A stretch of 64,000 nucleotides of DNA from an uncultured Planctomycetales bacterium (GCA_964595465.1 CAZQQI010000005.1:9562-73561); one strand, 5' to 3'. Positions 1 to 10,775 are shown, counted from the first letter of the stretch. Made by a program: numbers and translations. Notes: generated from the letters alone by a model not told the origin.

Positions 1-1
1 G

Positions 2-1102
2 ACCCTGGAGACGGTCGGCGGTGTTCCGTATCTTTCCCGTCTGGTGGACATGGTCCCGAGTTCCGCGAATGTGGCGTTTTATGCCAACATCGTCAAAGAG
101 AAAGGGATCCTCCGCAGTCTGATTAAAAATTCGACCCAGATCATAAACCATTGCTATGAAAGCGGATCGACCATTGATGAGGTCGTGGACAGCGCGGAAA
201 AGCTGATCTTTGAGGTGGCGGATATCCGTCATCAGAGAAGCACGATCGATATCAAGGATCTGGTGAAAACGAGTATTGCCAAGATCGACCGTTTGTATCA
301 GCGTCAGGAGAAGGTGACCGGTATATCGAGCGGGTTTACGGATTTTGACCGGATGACCTCCGGTCTGCAGCCTTCAGATTTGATCATTCTGGCCGGCCGC
401 CCCTCCATGGGGAAAAGTGCTTTGGCCGGATCAATCCTGGAGCATGTTGCCATGGACCAGAATAAACCGGTGGCCTTTTTCAGCCTGGAGATGTCCAAGG
501 AACAGCTGGTTCAGCGTATGCTGTGTTCCCAGGCAAGGATCGATGCCAATAAAGTCCGTACCGGATTTCTTTCGGGATCGGATTGGCCTCTTTTGACCAA
601 GGCCGCCGGGAAACTGTCCGCCTCGAAGATCTTTATTGATGACACACCGGCCTTGTCAGCCCTGGAACTCAGGGCCAAGGCGCGCCGTCTTAAGACCCAG
701 CACGAAATTGAATTGATCGTGATCGATTATATTCAGCTGATGCGGGGCTCGGCACGGGCGGAAAGCCGTCAGCAGGAGATCTCGGAAATATCCCGTTCCA
801 TCAAGGCTCTGGCCAGGGAACTGGGTGTGCCGATCATCGCCTTGAGCCAGTTGTCACGCGCGGTAGAATCGCGCCCAGATCACCGTCCGCAGCTTTCGGA
901 TCTGCGGGAATCCGGTGCCATTGAACAGGACGCCGACGTGGTGGTACTGCTTATGAGGGAAGAATATTACAATCCGACGGAAGAGAACGCCGGCAAGGCT
1001 GAAGTGATTCTCGCAAAACAGCGGAACGGGCCTGTCGGAAGTATTAAGTTGGCTTTTATCAAGGAGTTTGTGCGCTTTGAAAATCTTGCACATGTTGATT
1101 GA
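2..1102 (+). CDS. dnaB: Replicative DNA helicase (5' end outside window)
   Basis: Motifs LAGRPSMGKS, FFSLEM, IVIDYIQLM, LSQLSR, DLRESGAIEQDAD, AKQRNGP; frame open from the window start. Confidence 0.98.
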   Translation, partial: TLETVGGVPYLSRLVDMVPSSANVAFYANIVKEKGILRSLIKNSTQIINHCYESGSTIDEVVDSAEKLIFEVADIRHQRSTIDIKDLVKTSIAKIDRLYQRQEKVTGISSGFTDFDRMTSGLQPSDLIILAGRPSMGKSALAGSILEHVAMDQNKPVAFFSLEMSKEQLVQRMLCSQARIDANKVRTGFLSGSDWPLLTKAAGKLSASKIFIDDTPALSALELRAKARRLKTQHEIELIVIDYIQLMRGSARAESRQQEISEISRSIKALARELGVPIIALSQLSRAVESRPDHRPQLSDLRESGAIEQDADVVVLLMREEYYNPTEENAGKAEVILAKQRNGPVGSIKLAFIKEFVRFENLAHVD

Positions 1103-1127
1103 CAGCGATTTTAAATGTCCCTATAAT
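1099..1127 (+). promoter_or_regulatory. Sigma70 promoter for the bamA operon
   Basis: Perfect TTGACA-N17-TATAAT; the -35 overlaps the dnaB stop codon. Confidence 0.8.
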
Positions 1128-1136
1128 TACCCCATC

Positions 1137-3467
1137 ATGCTGAAACGTACACTTGCCAGTTTTTTAGCCGTCATGATGGTCTTCACTACATCTCTGACTT
1201 GGGCCCAGCAGCCCGGGAACGCCCTGATATCAGAGGCGCCGCAGGAAGCGGAGAAGGACGTGACCGCTGTCGAGGTTAAAGGGAATGAGAGTATCAGCCT
1301 GTCCAAGATTTTGTCCCGGATCAAAACCCGCGTGGGCCAGGATTATCAGAAAACTGTGATCTCTGATGACCTGAAACGTTTGTATAATACCGGATATTTT
1401 TCTGATGTCCGTGTTGACCGTCAGCCTCATGAAGGCGGGTTTAAGGTTATCTTTTATGTCGAAGAGAAACCGGTCGTCGATGAGATCACCTTTTCAGACA
1501 TCCGCTACTATAAGCCGGCCTATCTCAAACGCCAGATCCGCACTCAAGAAGGAAAATTTTTCGATCAGAAGATCCTGCGGGACGACATCAGCCTGATCGA
1601 AGAACTTTATGAGAAGAAAGGGCTGACCCTGGCGAATGTCCGTGCTGAGCAGACCCGCGACGAGGTGACCAATAAAGTGGATCTGCATTTTGTGATCAAA
1701 GAAGGACAGCGGGTCCGCGTTCGGCGGATCATTTTTCACGGCAATGAGACCTTCCGCGATAAGCGTCTGATGAAGGTGATCAAGACACGTCCGGACGGCT
1801 GGTTTAATTCCGGTTATCTCAAAGAACAGGTCCTGGAAGAAGACATCCAGCGGATCAAGGGCTTTTATGAAAAAGACGGGTTCATTGACGTCAAGGTCCG
1901 CCATGAATACGAGGATTTTAATAAAGAACATATTAATGTTCATATCTATATTGAGCAAGGAAAGCAGTATTTTGTGGACAGTGTCCAGGTCACGGGCAAT
2001 GAGGTCTTTACCAATGACGAAATCATTTCCGTCATGGAACAGATTAAGACGGGAGAGGTTTTCAGTCCCGACCGTTTGAGTCTGGATATCGCTGAGATCC
2101 GTTCGATGTATTTCGACGAAGGCTACATTTTCGCCCAGGTCCGTGACTCTGTGGCTCTGAACAGTGAAACTGGCCGTGTGGCTGTGCGTCTGGATATCAT
2201 GGAAGGGGAATTGGCCTACGTAAACAAGATCAAGATCCAGGGCAACACCCGCACACGGGATATCGTGATCCGGCGGGAACTGCGGCTTTATCCCGGGGAT
2301 CGCTTTGACGGTGAGAAACTCCGCCGCAGTAAAGAGCGTCTGCAGAATCTGGGATATTTTCAGAATGTCGCCTACGATACAGAACAGACATCCCGCGGCA
2401 ATTATAAAAATCTGGTCGTCAACGTCGAGGAGGCTAAGACCGGATCGTTTAATTTCGGCGGCGGATACAGCACGGTGGATAGTGTTGTGGGGTTCGTTGA
2501 GATCGAACAGAAAAATTTTGATTTTACCAATTGGCCGACGTTTACCGGAGGCGGGCAGAATCTGACCTTCCGGGCTGAGACCGGTTCCACCCGGAATAAT
2601 TTTCGTCTGAGCTTTACCGAACCGTGGCTGTTTGACTATCCGGTGTCCGGGGGGTTTGACCTCTATATGACCGAACGGGACCGGGAACGCGATGTCGGGT
2701 ACGCCTTTGATGAGTCACGTAAAGGGGGGCGTCTCCGGTTCGGCAAGCAGATCTCGGAATACGTGACCGGCGGTTTGGCTTACCGCTATGAAAATATTGA
2801 GATCGATAATTTTGATGATGATGTTTCCGCGGATCTGCTCAAAGAAGAAGGCGAGAACAACCTCAGTGAGCTCGGGTTTTCTCTGGCCCGGGATACCCGG
2901 GACAGTGTTTTTAATCCCACGAGCGGTTTGTATTTGAGCGGAAATATCGATATCGCCGGCGGTCCTATGCTGGGGGATAAAGATTATTACCGGGTCACGA
3001 CCAAGACCAGTTATAATATCCCTCTTAAGTGGAAATCGGTGCTGGAGCTTCGTTTGCGGACCGGGGTTATGGATAACTACGGGGATTCGGATCAGGTGCC
3101 GATATATGAACGGTTCTATGCCGGCGGCGCCCGCACGATCCGCGGATATGACGAGCGCAAAGTCGGACCGCTGGATTCGGCTACGGATGATCCCATCGGC
3201 GGGGAGAGCCTGCTGGTCGGGAATGTGGAATGGACGATTCCTGTTTTGAAGTTTATGAAAGCCGCTGCGTTCTATGACATTGGTAACGTCTGGAGTGATA
3301 TGAAAGATTTTGCCACCCAGGATCTAAAATCGGGTGTGGGGATGGGCTTGCGGTTCAAGACGCCGATCGGGCCGATTAATCTGGACTACGGATATCCACT
3401 GGATAATGAACCCGGGGAGGAATCCAAGTCCGGCAAGTTTTATTTCAGCGTCAGCCGGGGGTTTTAA
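1137..3467 (+). CDS. bamA: Outer membrane protein assembly factor BamA
   Basis: Signal peptide, POTRA repeats (GNTRTRDIVIRRE), FYAGGARTIRGY loop, TPIGPINLDYG, C-terminal Phe. Confidence 0.97.
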   Translation: MLKRTLASFLAVMMVFTTSLTWAQQPGNALISEAPQEAEKDVTAVEVKGNESISLSKILSRIKTRVGQDYQKTVISDDLKRLYNTGYFSDVRVDRQPHEGGFKVIFYVEEKPVVDEITFSDIRYYKPAYLKRQIRTQEGKFFDQKILRDDISLIEELYEKKGLTLANVRAEQTRDEVTNKVDLHFVIKEGQRVRVRRIIFHGNETFRDKRLMKVIKTRPDGWFNSGYLKEQVLEEDIQRIKGFYEKDGFIDVKVRHEYEDFNKEHINVHIYIEQGKQYFVDSVQVTGNEVFTNDEIISVMEQIKTGEVFSPDRLSLDIAEIRSMYFDEGYIFAQVRDSVALNSETGRVAVRLDIMEGELAYVNKIKIQGNTRTRDIVIRRELRLYPGDRFDGEKLRRSKERLQNLGYFQNVAYDTEQTSRGNYKNLVVNVEEAKTGSFNFGGGYSTVDSVVGFVEIEQKNFDFTNWPTFTGGGQNLTFRAETGSTRNNFRLSFTEPWLFDYPVSGGFDLYMTERDRERDVGYAFDESRKGGRLRFGKQISEYVTGGLAYRYENIEIDNFDDDVSADLLKEEGENNLSELGFSLARDTRDSVFNPTSGLYLSGNIDIAGGPMLGDKDYYRVTTKTSYNIPLKWKSVLELRLRTGVMDNYGDSDQVPIYERFYAGGARTIRGYDERKVGPLDSATDDPIGGESLLVGNVEWTIPVLKFMKAAAFYDIGNVWSDMKDFATQDLKSGVGMGLRFKTPIGPINLDYGYPLDNEPGEESKSGKFYFSVSRGF

Positions 3468-3521
3468 AAAGGATAACAATAGCAGCCGGAAACGTGAACG
3501 ACCAGCTAAAGGAGGGATGAT

Positions 3522-4037
3522 ATGAATAAAAAGAAATTATGGATTTCGATTTTTGTATGCGCGCTTATGCTTGCCGGTGCGACGGCCGCCTCGGCTCAGT
3601 CCGCTAAGAAAATGGGCTATCTGGATCTCAGCAGGATTTTTGATAATTATGAAAAAACCAAGGCCTATGATGATGTCCTGGAAAAACAGCATGCCTCATA
3701 TGAAGAAGAACTGAACAAGCGGGTCGAGGCTATTCAGGAAAAACAGGCACGGCTGGCGGTCCTGACAGATGAAGAAAAGGCCAAGCTGCAGCAGGAGATC
3801 GACGAACAGACCACGGCTCTGCGTCAGTGGGACGAGGACCAGCGTAGTGAGCTGATGAAAAAACGTGATGAGAGAATTCGTGAAATTCTGCTGGAGGTCG
3901 AACAGATTGTCAGTGATTATGCCCAACAGGAAGGCTATGATCTGATCCTCAATGACCGTGTTCTGATCTACGGGGCTGACGGCTTTGACATCACGGACAA
4001 GGTTCTGCAGAAGCTGAATGAAATGTATAAAAAATAA
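3522..4037 (+). CDS. skp: OmpH/Skp periplasmic chaperone
   Basis: Signal peptide, KMGYLD...coiled coil...GYDLIL...DITDKVL; position after bamA. Confidence 0.92.
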   Translation: MNKKKLWISIFVCALMLAGATAASAQSAKKMGYLDLSRIFDNYEKTKAYDDVLEKQHASYEEELNKRVEAIQEKQARLAVLTDEEKAKLQQEIDEQTTALRQWDEDQRSELMKKRDERIREILLEVEQIVSDYAQQEGYDLILNDRVLIYGADGFDITDKVLQKLNEMYKK

Positions 4038-4108
4038 TCTGATGATATGATAACGGCCATGGTTTTCTGAACATGGCCGTGTTGTTGTATATTCCGGTAA
4101 GGGGTTTG

Positions 4109-5149
4109 ATGAGAAAGACAGTTAATGAGATCGCGGAATTTATCGGCGGAGAACTGGTTGGGTCAGGGCAGGGAGAGGTGTCTGGTTTTGCCGGGCTGAA
4201 AGAGGCCTCGCCCCGGGATGTTTCTTTTTTGGCTAATCCGAAATATTCCCCCCTGCTGAAAGAGACCCGTGCGGCAGCTGTTATTGTGGGGAAAGATGTT
4301 GCCGCAGAGGGTCTAACGCTGATCCGTGTGCCGGATCCGTCCCGCGCGTTTTCCAGGGCCCTTGAGCTTTATGTCGAAGAATGCCCCGGCGGATTTTCAG
4401 GTATTCATTCCAGCGCAGTGATCGCTGATGACGTGTCCTTAGCTGATGATGTGACAGTCGGTCCGCACGCTGTGATTGATGCCGGCGTGAAGATCGCCGC
4501 GGGAAGCCGTATCGGCGCCGGATGTTTTATCGGCAGCGGAAGCCGGATCGGCGCCGGCTGCAGGATTTATCCTCAGGTTTCTATTCTGACCCGGACGCGC
4601 ATCGGTGAGTCTGTGGTTATCCACAGCGGCACTGTTATCGGGTCCGACGGATTCGGGTTCGCGACAGACGAAAAAGGGATTCATCATAAGATCCCGCAGA
4701 TCGGATATGTCGAAATCCAGGATCATGTTGAGATCGGCTCCAATGTCAGTATTGACCGGGCCCGCTTTGACAAAACCGTGATCGGCGAAGGGACCAAGAT
4801 CGACAACCTGGTTCAGATCGCGCATAATGTCCGTATCGGCAAGGGGTGCCTGATCGTTTCTCAGGTCGGGATTTCTGGAAGCACGGTTATCGAAGATTAT
4901 GTTGTTCTGGGAGGGCAGGTCGGCGTTGCCGGTCATTTGACGGTTGGACAGGGCACGCGGATAGCGGCCCAGTCCGGGGTTGCGCAGTCTGTTCCGGAAA
5001 AATCGGTTCTCTTCGGTTCTCCTGCACAGCCGCATATGCAGGCCAAACGCGCGAATGCCTATGTTAATAAATTGCCGGATTATATCAAACAGATCCGGGA
5101 TCTGAAAGCCAGGGTCGTTGAACTGGAAAGGAAATCCGGTCAGCTGTAA
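4109..5149 (+). CDS. lpxD: UDP-3-O-acylglucosamine N-acyltransferase
   Basis: [28 protein letters not shown], hexapeptide repeats. Confidence 0.96.
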   Translation: MRKTVNEIAEFIGGELVGSGQGEVSGFAGLKEASPRDVSFLANPKYSPLLKETRAAAVIVGKDVAAEGLTLIRVPDPSRAFSRALELYVEECPGGFSGIHSSAVIADDVSLADDVTVGPHAVIDAGVKIAAGSRIGAGCFIGSGSRIGAGCRIYPQVSILTRTRIGESVVIHSGTVIGSDGFGFATDEKGIHHKIPQIGYVEIQDHVEIGSNVSIDRARFDKTVIGEGTKIDNLVQIAHNVRIGKGCLIVSQVGISGSTVIEDYVVLGGQVGVAGHLTVGQGTRIAAQSGVAQSVPEKSVLFGSPAQPHMQAKRANAYVNKLPDYIKQIRDLKARVVELERKSGQL

Positions 5150-5150
5150 T

Positions 5151-6002
5151 ATGCAAGATGTCCAACAGACAATCGCACAGCCTGCGTCATTTCAAGGTGT
5201 TGGGTTACATAGCGGAGAAGCCGTCCGGGTGGTTTTGAAGCCTGCGGATGAGAATAGCGGTATCCGATTTCGACGCGTTGACTTGCCGGATTCGCCGGAT
5301 ATCCATCTCGGTCCGGCTTTGCTGCAGCGTCAGAACGGCGTCAGCCGCTGTACGATGCTCGGTGAGGGGGGCGCCTCAGTCCAGACCGTTGAACATCTCC
5401 TGGCTTCTTTCCATTGTCTGGGAATCGATAATATTTTGGTAGAGATGGACGGGCAGGAGGTGCCGGGGATGGACGGGAGCGCGCTTCCTGTTGTTGAGAC
5501 CCTTTTAACCGCCGGGATAAGGGGGCAAAACAGCCAGCGGGAGGTCTTGGAGATCCGTGAGGATATTTGTCTGGAGCAGAACGGAATGTCGATCTCGGCC
5601 AGTCCGGCTGATGATCTGCATATATCTTATATTCTGGATTATCCGCATCCCCTGATGCAGTCAGAAACAGCTTTTTCGGTTACCCGCGAGACCTTTATTA
5701 AGGAGATCGCCCCCTCCAGAACATTTTGCCTGCGGTCGGAGGCCGATGCCTTGCGGGCGGCCGGTTTGGGAAAAGGCGCCAGTACAGCCAATACTCTGGT
5801 TATGGAAGACGACGGGCCGTTGGAGAATTCTCTGCGGTTTCCGGATGAATGCGCCCGGCATAAAGTGCTTGATCTTATCGGAGATCTGTTTGTTCTGGGC
5901 CGCCCGGTCCGGGGCCGGATTACCGCTGTGCGCAGCGGACACAAAATGAATTGGCAATTTGTCAAACACATATGGGGGGAATGGTATGAGCGCAAAGTTT
6001 AG
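5151..6002 (+). CDS. lpxC: UDP-3-O-acyl-GlcNAc deacetylase
   Basis: GVGLHSG, TVEHLLA, IAPSRTF, RHKVLDLIGDL, RSGH. Confidence 0.96.
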   Translation: MQDVQQTIAQPASFQGVGLHSGEAVRVVLKPADENSGIRFRRVDLPDSPDIHLGPALLQRQNGVSRCTMLGEGGASVQTVEHLLASFHCLGIDNILVEMDGQEVPGMDGSALPVVETLLTAGIRGQNSQREVLEIREDICLEQNGMSISASPADDLHISYILDYPHPLMQSETAFSVTRETFIKEIAPSRTFCLRSEADALRAAGLGKGASTANTLVMEDDGPLENSLRFPDECARHKVLDLIGDLFVLGRPVRGRITAVRSGHKMNWQFVKHIWGEWYERKV

Positions 6003-6471
6003 ATCCACGGCGAACAGCGCCGGTTACACGTCTATGGATGTGCAGCAGATCATGGAGGTGATCCCTCATCGTTATCCTTTTTTGTTGGTCGATCGGATCA
6101 CGGAATTGGAAGCCGGCAAACGTGCTGTGGGGATCAAGAATGTGACTGCCAACGAAAATTTCTTTACGGGGCATTTTCCTCAGCGTCCCATTATGCCCGG
6201 TGTTCTGATGGTCGAGGCCATGGCTCAGGTCAGCGGCCTGCTTTTGAAAAGCATTGATCATCACGCGGATCATGTCGGCCTGTTCATGTCGATCAATAAT
6301 GTCAAGTTCCGCCGACCGGTCGTCCCCGGTGATCAGTTGGTCATGGAGGTTGAGGTGACCCGCGACCGTTCGCGCATGTCCGGTACTCATGGCGTGGCCA
6401 GGGTGGACGGGGATGTCGCCTGCGAAGGGGACCTGACATTTTCATTTATGGAATCTAAATTTTTAGATTAA
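5986..6471 (+). CDS. fabZ: 3-hydroxyacyl-ACP dehydratase
   Basis: IPHRYPFLLVD, GHFP, MPGVLMVEAMAQ, FRRPVVPGD; start uncertain, overlaps the end of lpxC. Confidence 0.95.
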   Translation: MSAKFRSTANSAGYTSMDVQQIMEVIPHRYPFLLVDRITELEAGKRAVGIKNVTANENFFTGHFPQRPIMPGVLMVEAMAQVSGLLLKSIDHHADHVGLFMSINNVKFRRPVVPGDQLVMEVEVTRDRSRMSGTHGVARVDGDVACEGDLTFSFMESKFLD

Positions 6472-6496
6472 TCTGTCAAAATTGAAGTGAGAGCAT

Positions 6497-7309
6497 ATGT
6501 CAACGTTAGAGACAAAGATTCATCCGACAGCGGTCATTGATCCTCAAGCCCAAATTGCTGATGGGGTTGAGATCGGGCCGTTTTGTGTGGTCGGTCCGCG
6601 GGTCGTTTTAGGCTCCGGTGTCAGCCTGGCCAGTCATTGCCATGTTGCCGGCAAGACCACGATCGGTGAGAGGACGCGTCTGTTTCCCGGCGCGGTCGTC
6701 GGGACAGATCCTCAGGATAAGAAATTCCGCTCGGGTGAGAATGTTTCTCTGGATATCGGAAAAAACAATATTATCCGTGAATATGTGATGATCAATCCCG
6801 GAACGGAAAAAGGCGGCGGGCGGACCGTGATCGGTGACGGGAATCTGTTCATGGCCTATTCACATGTGGCGCATGATTGCCGCATCGGCAGCAAATGTGT
6901 TTTTGCCAACGTGGCCACGATAGCCGGTCATGTCACGGTGGAAGACAGCGCGATCGTCGGCGGACTGACCGGGGTTCATCAATTTGTCCGTATCGGACGT
7001 ATGGCCATGGTGGGGGGATGTTCCCGGGTCAGCCAGGATGTTGTGCCGTTTGCTATGTGTTCCGGGGCGGAGACCGCTGTACGCAGTGTAAATGTCGTCG
7101 GACTCCGGCGCAAAGGATATTCTTCGGACCAGGCGCGCCTTTTAAAACGCGCTTTTAAGATCTTGTTTTTTTCCGGATTGAACCGCGCCAGCGCCCTGGA
7201 GCAGATCGAGAAAGAGATAGAATCGGATGAAACCATAACCGCTCTGGTCGATTTTGTCCGTACGAGTCAGCGCGGCATTATGGGGGCGGTCACTCCACAG
7301 TATGAATGA
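6497..7309 (+). CDS. lpxA: Acyl-ACP:UDP-GlcNAc O-acyltransferase
   Basis: IHPTAVID, PQDKK, IREY, HVAHDC, VHQFVRIG. Confidence 0.97.
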   Translation: MSTLETKIHPTAVIDPQAQIADGVEIGPFCVVGPRVVLGSGVSLASHCHVAGKTTIGERTRLFPGAVVGTDPQDKKFRSGENVSLDIGKNNIIREYVMINPGTEKGGGRTVIGDGNLFMAYSHVAHDCRIGSKCVFANVATIAGHVTVEDSAIVGGLTGVHQFVRIGRMAMVGGCSRVSQDVVPFAMCSGAETAVRSVNVVGLRRKGYSSDQARLLKRAFKILFFSGLNRASALEQIEKEIESDETITALVDFVRTSQRGIMGAVTPQYE

Positions 7310-8114
7310 TCTCAAAACCATAGGTCTGATCGCCGGCAACGGCAAGTTTCCGTTTCTTCTGGCCCGCGCGGCCCGGAAACAGGGTATCCGTGTGGCGGCG
7401 GCTGCGGTAAAAGGCGACACGTCTTTTTTGCTGAGGGCTTGTGTGGATAAGATCCGCTGGTTCCGGGTCAGCGAATTGCGCGAAGCGTTCGAATATTTCC
7501 GTCAAAACGGTGTCAGCAAGGTGATCATGGCCGGTCAGGTCAGTCAGCGCAATCTTTTTGATCCCCGCGTTCAGTCTGATCCCCAGCTGAAAGAGTTTTT
7601 TTCCGCTCTGCAGGACCGCAAGGCCGACACGATCTTCTCGGCTGTTGTGGATTTTCTTGCTGAACATGGCCTGCAGGTGCTGGATTCCACGCTTTTACTA
7701 GAAGCGTTTTTAGCGCCGCGGGGAACATTGACCCGCCGGGGGCCGACTCCGGAACACATTTCGGATATAGAGTTCGGCAGGACGATCGCCAAGGCAATGG
7801 GAGGTCTGGATGTGGGGCAGACCGTTGTCGTTAAGGAAAAAGCGATCGTAGCCATTGAAGCCATGGAAGGGACCGACCGCTGTATTCTGCGGGGAGGACG
7901 TATCGCCCGTGAGGGTGCCGTTGTGGTCAAGACCAGCAAGCCGCAGCAGGACACCCGCTTTGATGTGCCGGTGTTCGGGCCGCGTACGATCCGCAATATG
8001 ATCCGTTCACGCTGCGCCTGCCTGGGAGTGGAGGCGGGAAAAACGTTGGTTATCGACCGGCAAAAATGCGTTAAAATAGCGGATAAAGCCGGCATGACCA
8101 TTGTGTGTTTTTAG
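7302..8114 (+). CDS. lpxI: UDP-2,3-diacylglucosamine diphosphatase LpxI
   Basis: IGLIAGNG, DVGQTVVV, EAMEGTD, KPQQDTRFDVP; follows lpxA. Confidence 0.93.
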   Translation: MNDLKTIGLIAGNGKFPFLLARAARKQGIRVAAAAVKGDTSFLLRACVDKIRWFRVSELREAFEYFRQNGVSKVIMAGQVSQRNLFDPRVQSDPQLKEFFSALQDRKADTIFSAVVDFLAEHGLQVLDSTLLLEAFLAPRGTLTRRGPTPEHISDIEFGRTIAKAMGGLDVGQTVVVKEKAIVAIEAMEGTDRCILRGGRIAREGAVVVKTSKPQQDTRFDVPVFGPRTIRNMIRSRCACLGVEAGKTLVIDRQKCVKIADKAGMTIVCF

Positions 8115-8168
8115 GAAATCCTGCATTTTCGTCCGGAATTCCCGCCTTTTTTGCGTATCCGCTAATAC

Positions 8169-8197
8169 TTGACTTATATATAAAGAAATAGTATAAT
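8169..8197 (+). promoter_or_regulatory. Sigma70 promoter for rpsO-pnp
   Basis: TTGACT-N17-TATAAT. Confidence 0.75.
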
Positions 8198-8275
8198 AGC
8201 CAAACTTTTCAAAAGTGAAATCGACAAAGAATCGTCAAAGAAGACGAAGAAAAAAAGAAAGAGGAGAGAGACACA

Positions 8276-8545
8276 TTGACACTTGCAAAAGAAAATAAAA
8301 CCAACGTCATTGATGATTTCAAAGTACACGCCAAGGATACCGGTTCACCCGAGGTTCAGGTAGCCGTGCTGTCCGCGCGCATCAATGAGCTCGCCGAACA
8401 CCTGAAGGTTCATCGTAAGGACTTCCACTCACGCCGTGGTCTTTTGATGATGATCGGTAAGCGCCGCCGTTTATTGAGTTATTTAAAGCGGACTAAGCCC
8501 GAGAAGTACGAAGAGACCATTAAGAAACTGAATCTCCGCAAATAA
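8276..8545 (+). CDS. rpsO: 30S ribosomal protein S15 (TTG start)
   Basis: [29 protein letters not shown]. Confidence 0.98.
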   Translation: MTLAKENKTNVIDDFKVHAKDTGSPEVQVAVLSARINELAEHLKVHRKDFHSRRGLLMMIGKRRRLLSYLKRTKPEKYEETIKKLNLRK

Positions 8546-8582
8546 TTGCGAATATTAGAATTTTAATCGAGAGGAAAAGGCT

Positions 8583-10685
8583 ATGAGTGTAGAAAATGTA
8601 AATGTCCAGTATGGACCAGAAGCAATGAAGATCGAGACCGGAAAATTGGCCAAGCAGGCCAACGGTTCGGTCATGGTGACCTACGGCGGGACCGCTGTTT
8701 TGGTGACCGCCTGTATGAGTAAAAGCCCGCGGGAGGGTGTGAGTTTTTTCCCGCTGATGGTGGAATATCAGGAAAAGACCTATTCTGCCGGACAAATTCC
8801 CGGCGGATTTTTTAAACGCGAAGGACGTCCCACCCAGAAAGAGATCCTGACCGCCCGTGTGATCGACCGGCCGATCCGCCCCTTGTTCCCGGAAGGGATG
8901 TTCAACGAGGTGCAGGTTGTGGCTACGGTTTTGAGCAGTGACGGACAGTATGATCCCGATATCCTGGCCCTGAACGGCGCGTCAGCTGCCCTGCAGATCT
9001 CGGATATTCCGTTCAGCGGACCGATCTCCGGAGCCCGTGTGGCAGTTGTCGACGGGGAGAACGTTCTCAACCCTACCTATGAACAGCGCGAAGCCGCCGA
9101 GCTTGAGTTTGTGGTCGCTGCCGGCCGTGACGGTTTGGTCATGATCGAAGGGGAGGCGAAAGAGGCGCCGGAAGAAAAGATCTTGGCTGCCCTGGCGTTT
9201 GCCCAGGAGCAGTTAGGCGCGGTTTTGGACGCCCAGGATGATCTGCTGAAAAAATGCGGTAAAGAAAAGGCCGATATCAGCACCCGTCCCCCGAACGATC
9301 AGCTGCTGGCCAAGGTTAAGGAACTGGCTGCTGATAAGATGGCCAAGCTGTACGCGATCGAGGATAAAATCGAACGGCAGAATGCCGGGCATCAGTTGAA
9401 AGAAGAATTGACCGCGGACCTGTCCGTTTATGACAGCTGCAAACGGGATGAAGAGGAGGAGATCACCTCCGGTGCTGTTCTGAAATTTCTTGATCAGATC
9501 GAATATGAGGAAGTCCGCCGCCGGATCTTTGAAGAAGGACGGCGTGCTGACGGACGCGGTTTGACCGATGTGCGTGAGATCACCTGTGAAGCCGGTGTTC
9601 TGCCGCGCACGCACGGTTCCAGCCTGTTCACCCGCGGTCAGACGCAGAGTCTGGCGACTGTGACTCTGGGGACCAAGCGTGACGAACAGCTGATTGAATC
9701 TCTGGAAGGCACCAGTTATAAGAACTTCATGCTGCATTATAATTTCCCTCCGTTCAGTGTCGGGGAAGTCAAGTTTATGCGCGGACCGTCCCGCCGGGAT
9801 ATCGGTCACGGAACGCTGGCGTCTAAGGCTATCAAAGCCCTTTTGCCGGCGAAGGAAGATTTTCCGTATACGGTTCGTGTTGTTTCCGAGATTCTGGAAT
9901 CCAACGGTTCATCCAGTATGGCGACGGTCTCCGCTGCTTCCATGGCTCTTATGGATGCCGGTGTGCCCATCTCCGCGCCTGTCGCCGGGATCTCTATCGG
10001 CCTGGTCACCCAGGAGGGTAAAGATCCGGTGCTTTTGACCGATATTATGGGTCTGGAAGACCATTTCGGAGATATGGATTTCAAGGTCGCGGGTACGGAA
10101 AAAGGTGTCACTGCGATCCAGATGGATATCAAGATTCAGAACGTCAGCCTGGACCTTCTGCGCGATGCCATAGCGCAGGCGCGCGAGGCCAGAAACGGCA
10201 TCCTGGCCAAGATGAAGGGCGCGATCGAAGCGCCGCGTGAACAGATGTCCGAATTCGCGCCCAAGATCGTTTCACTGAAAGTTCCCGAGGATAAGATCGG
10301 CGGGATCATCGGACCGGGAGGCAAGACGATCAAGAAGATCATCGAGACATACGGTTGTGAATCGATCGATATTGACGACGACGGAACTGTGGTGATTTTC
10401 GCGATGTCGCAGTCCGCGGCCGAAGATGCCCATAAGTATATTGCCGGGTTTACGGAAGAACCGGAAGTCGGCAAGGTTTATGACGGCCGTGTAGTCCGCA
10501 TCATGAATTTCGGTGCATTCGTCGAATTTTTGCCCGGGCGTGAAGGGCTGGTCCATGTTTCAGAACTCTCCGATGAGTATGTGGAGAATTGTGAAGATGT
10601 GGTCAGTGAAGGCGACGAATTCAAGGTCAAATTGATCGGCATCGACAAAATGAAACGCTTCAACTTAAGCAAAAAACAAGCTTAA
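8583..10685 (+). CDS. pnp: Polyribonucleotide nucleotidyltransferase
   Basis: IPGGFFKREGRP, SEILESNGSSSMA, GDMDFKVAGT, KH and S1 domains. Confidence 0.98.
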   Translation: MSVENVNVQYGPEAMKIETGKLAKQANGSVMVTYGGTAVLVTACMSKSPREGVSFFPLMVEYQEKTYSAGQIPGGFFKREGRPTQKEILTARVIDRPIRPLFPEGMFNEVQVVATVLSSDGQYDPDILALNGASAALQISDIPFSGPISGARVAVVDGENVLNPTYEQREAAELEFVVAAGRDGLVMIEGEAKEAPEEKILAALAFAQEQLGAVLDAQDDLLKKCGKEKADISTRPPNDQLLAKVKELAADKMAKLYAIEDKIERQNAGHQLKEELTADLSVYDSCKRDEEEEITSGAVLKFLDQIEYEEVRRRIFEEGRRADGRGLTDVREITCEAGVLPRTHGSSLFTRGQTQSLATVTLGTKRDEQLIESLEGTSYKNFMLHYNFPPFSVGEVKFMRGPSRRDIGHGTLASKAIKALLPAKEDFPYTVRVVSEILESNGSSSMATVSAASMALMDAGVPISAPVAGISIGLVTQEGKDPVLLTDIMGLEDHFGDMDFKVAGTEKGVTAIQMDIKIQNVSLDLLRDAIAQAREARNGILAKMKGAIEAPREQMSEFAPKIVSLKVPEDKIGGIIGPGGKTIKKIIETYGCESIDIDDDGTVVIFAMSQSAAEDAHKYIAGFTEEPEVGKVYDGRVVRIMNFGAFVEFLPGREGLVHVSELSDEYVENCEDVVSEGDEFKVKLIGIDKMKRFNLSKKQA

Positions 10686-10692
10686 GGACTAG

Positions 10693-10755
10693 AAAGACCC
10701 CGGGTTCAGTGTTAGTATACTTATTAAAGTATTAATACTATATCCGGGGTCTTTT
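10693..10755 (+). terminator. Long hairpin/terminator after pnp
   Basis: AAAGACCCCGG...CCGGGGTCTTTT outer stem plus an inner AT-rich stem. Confidence 0.6.
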
Positions 10756-10775
10756 AACGTCTGCAGCATGTTATT

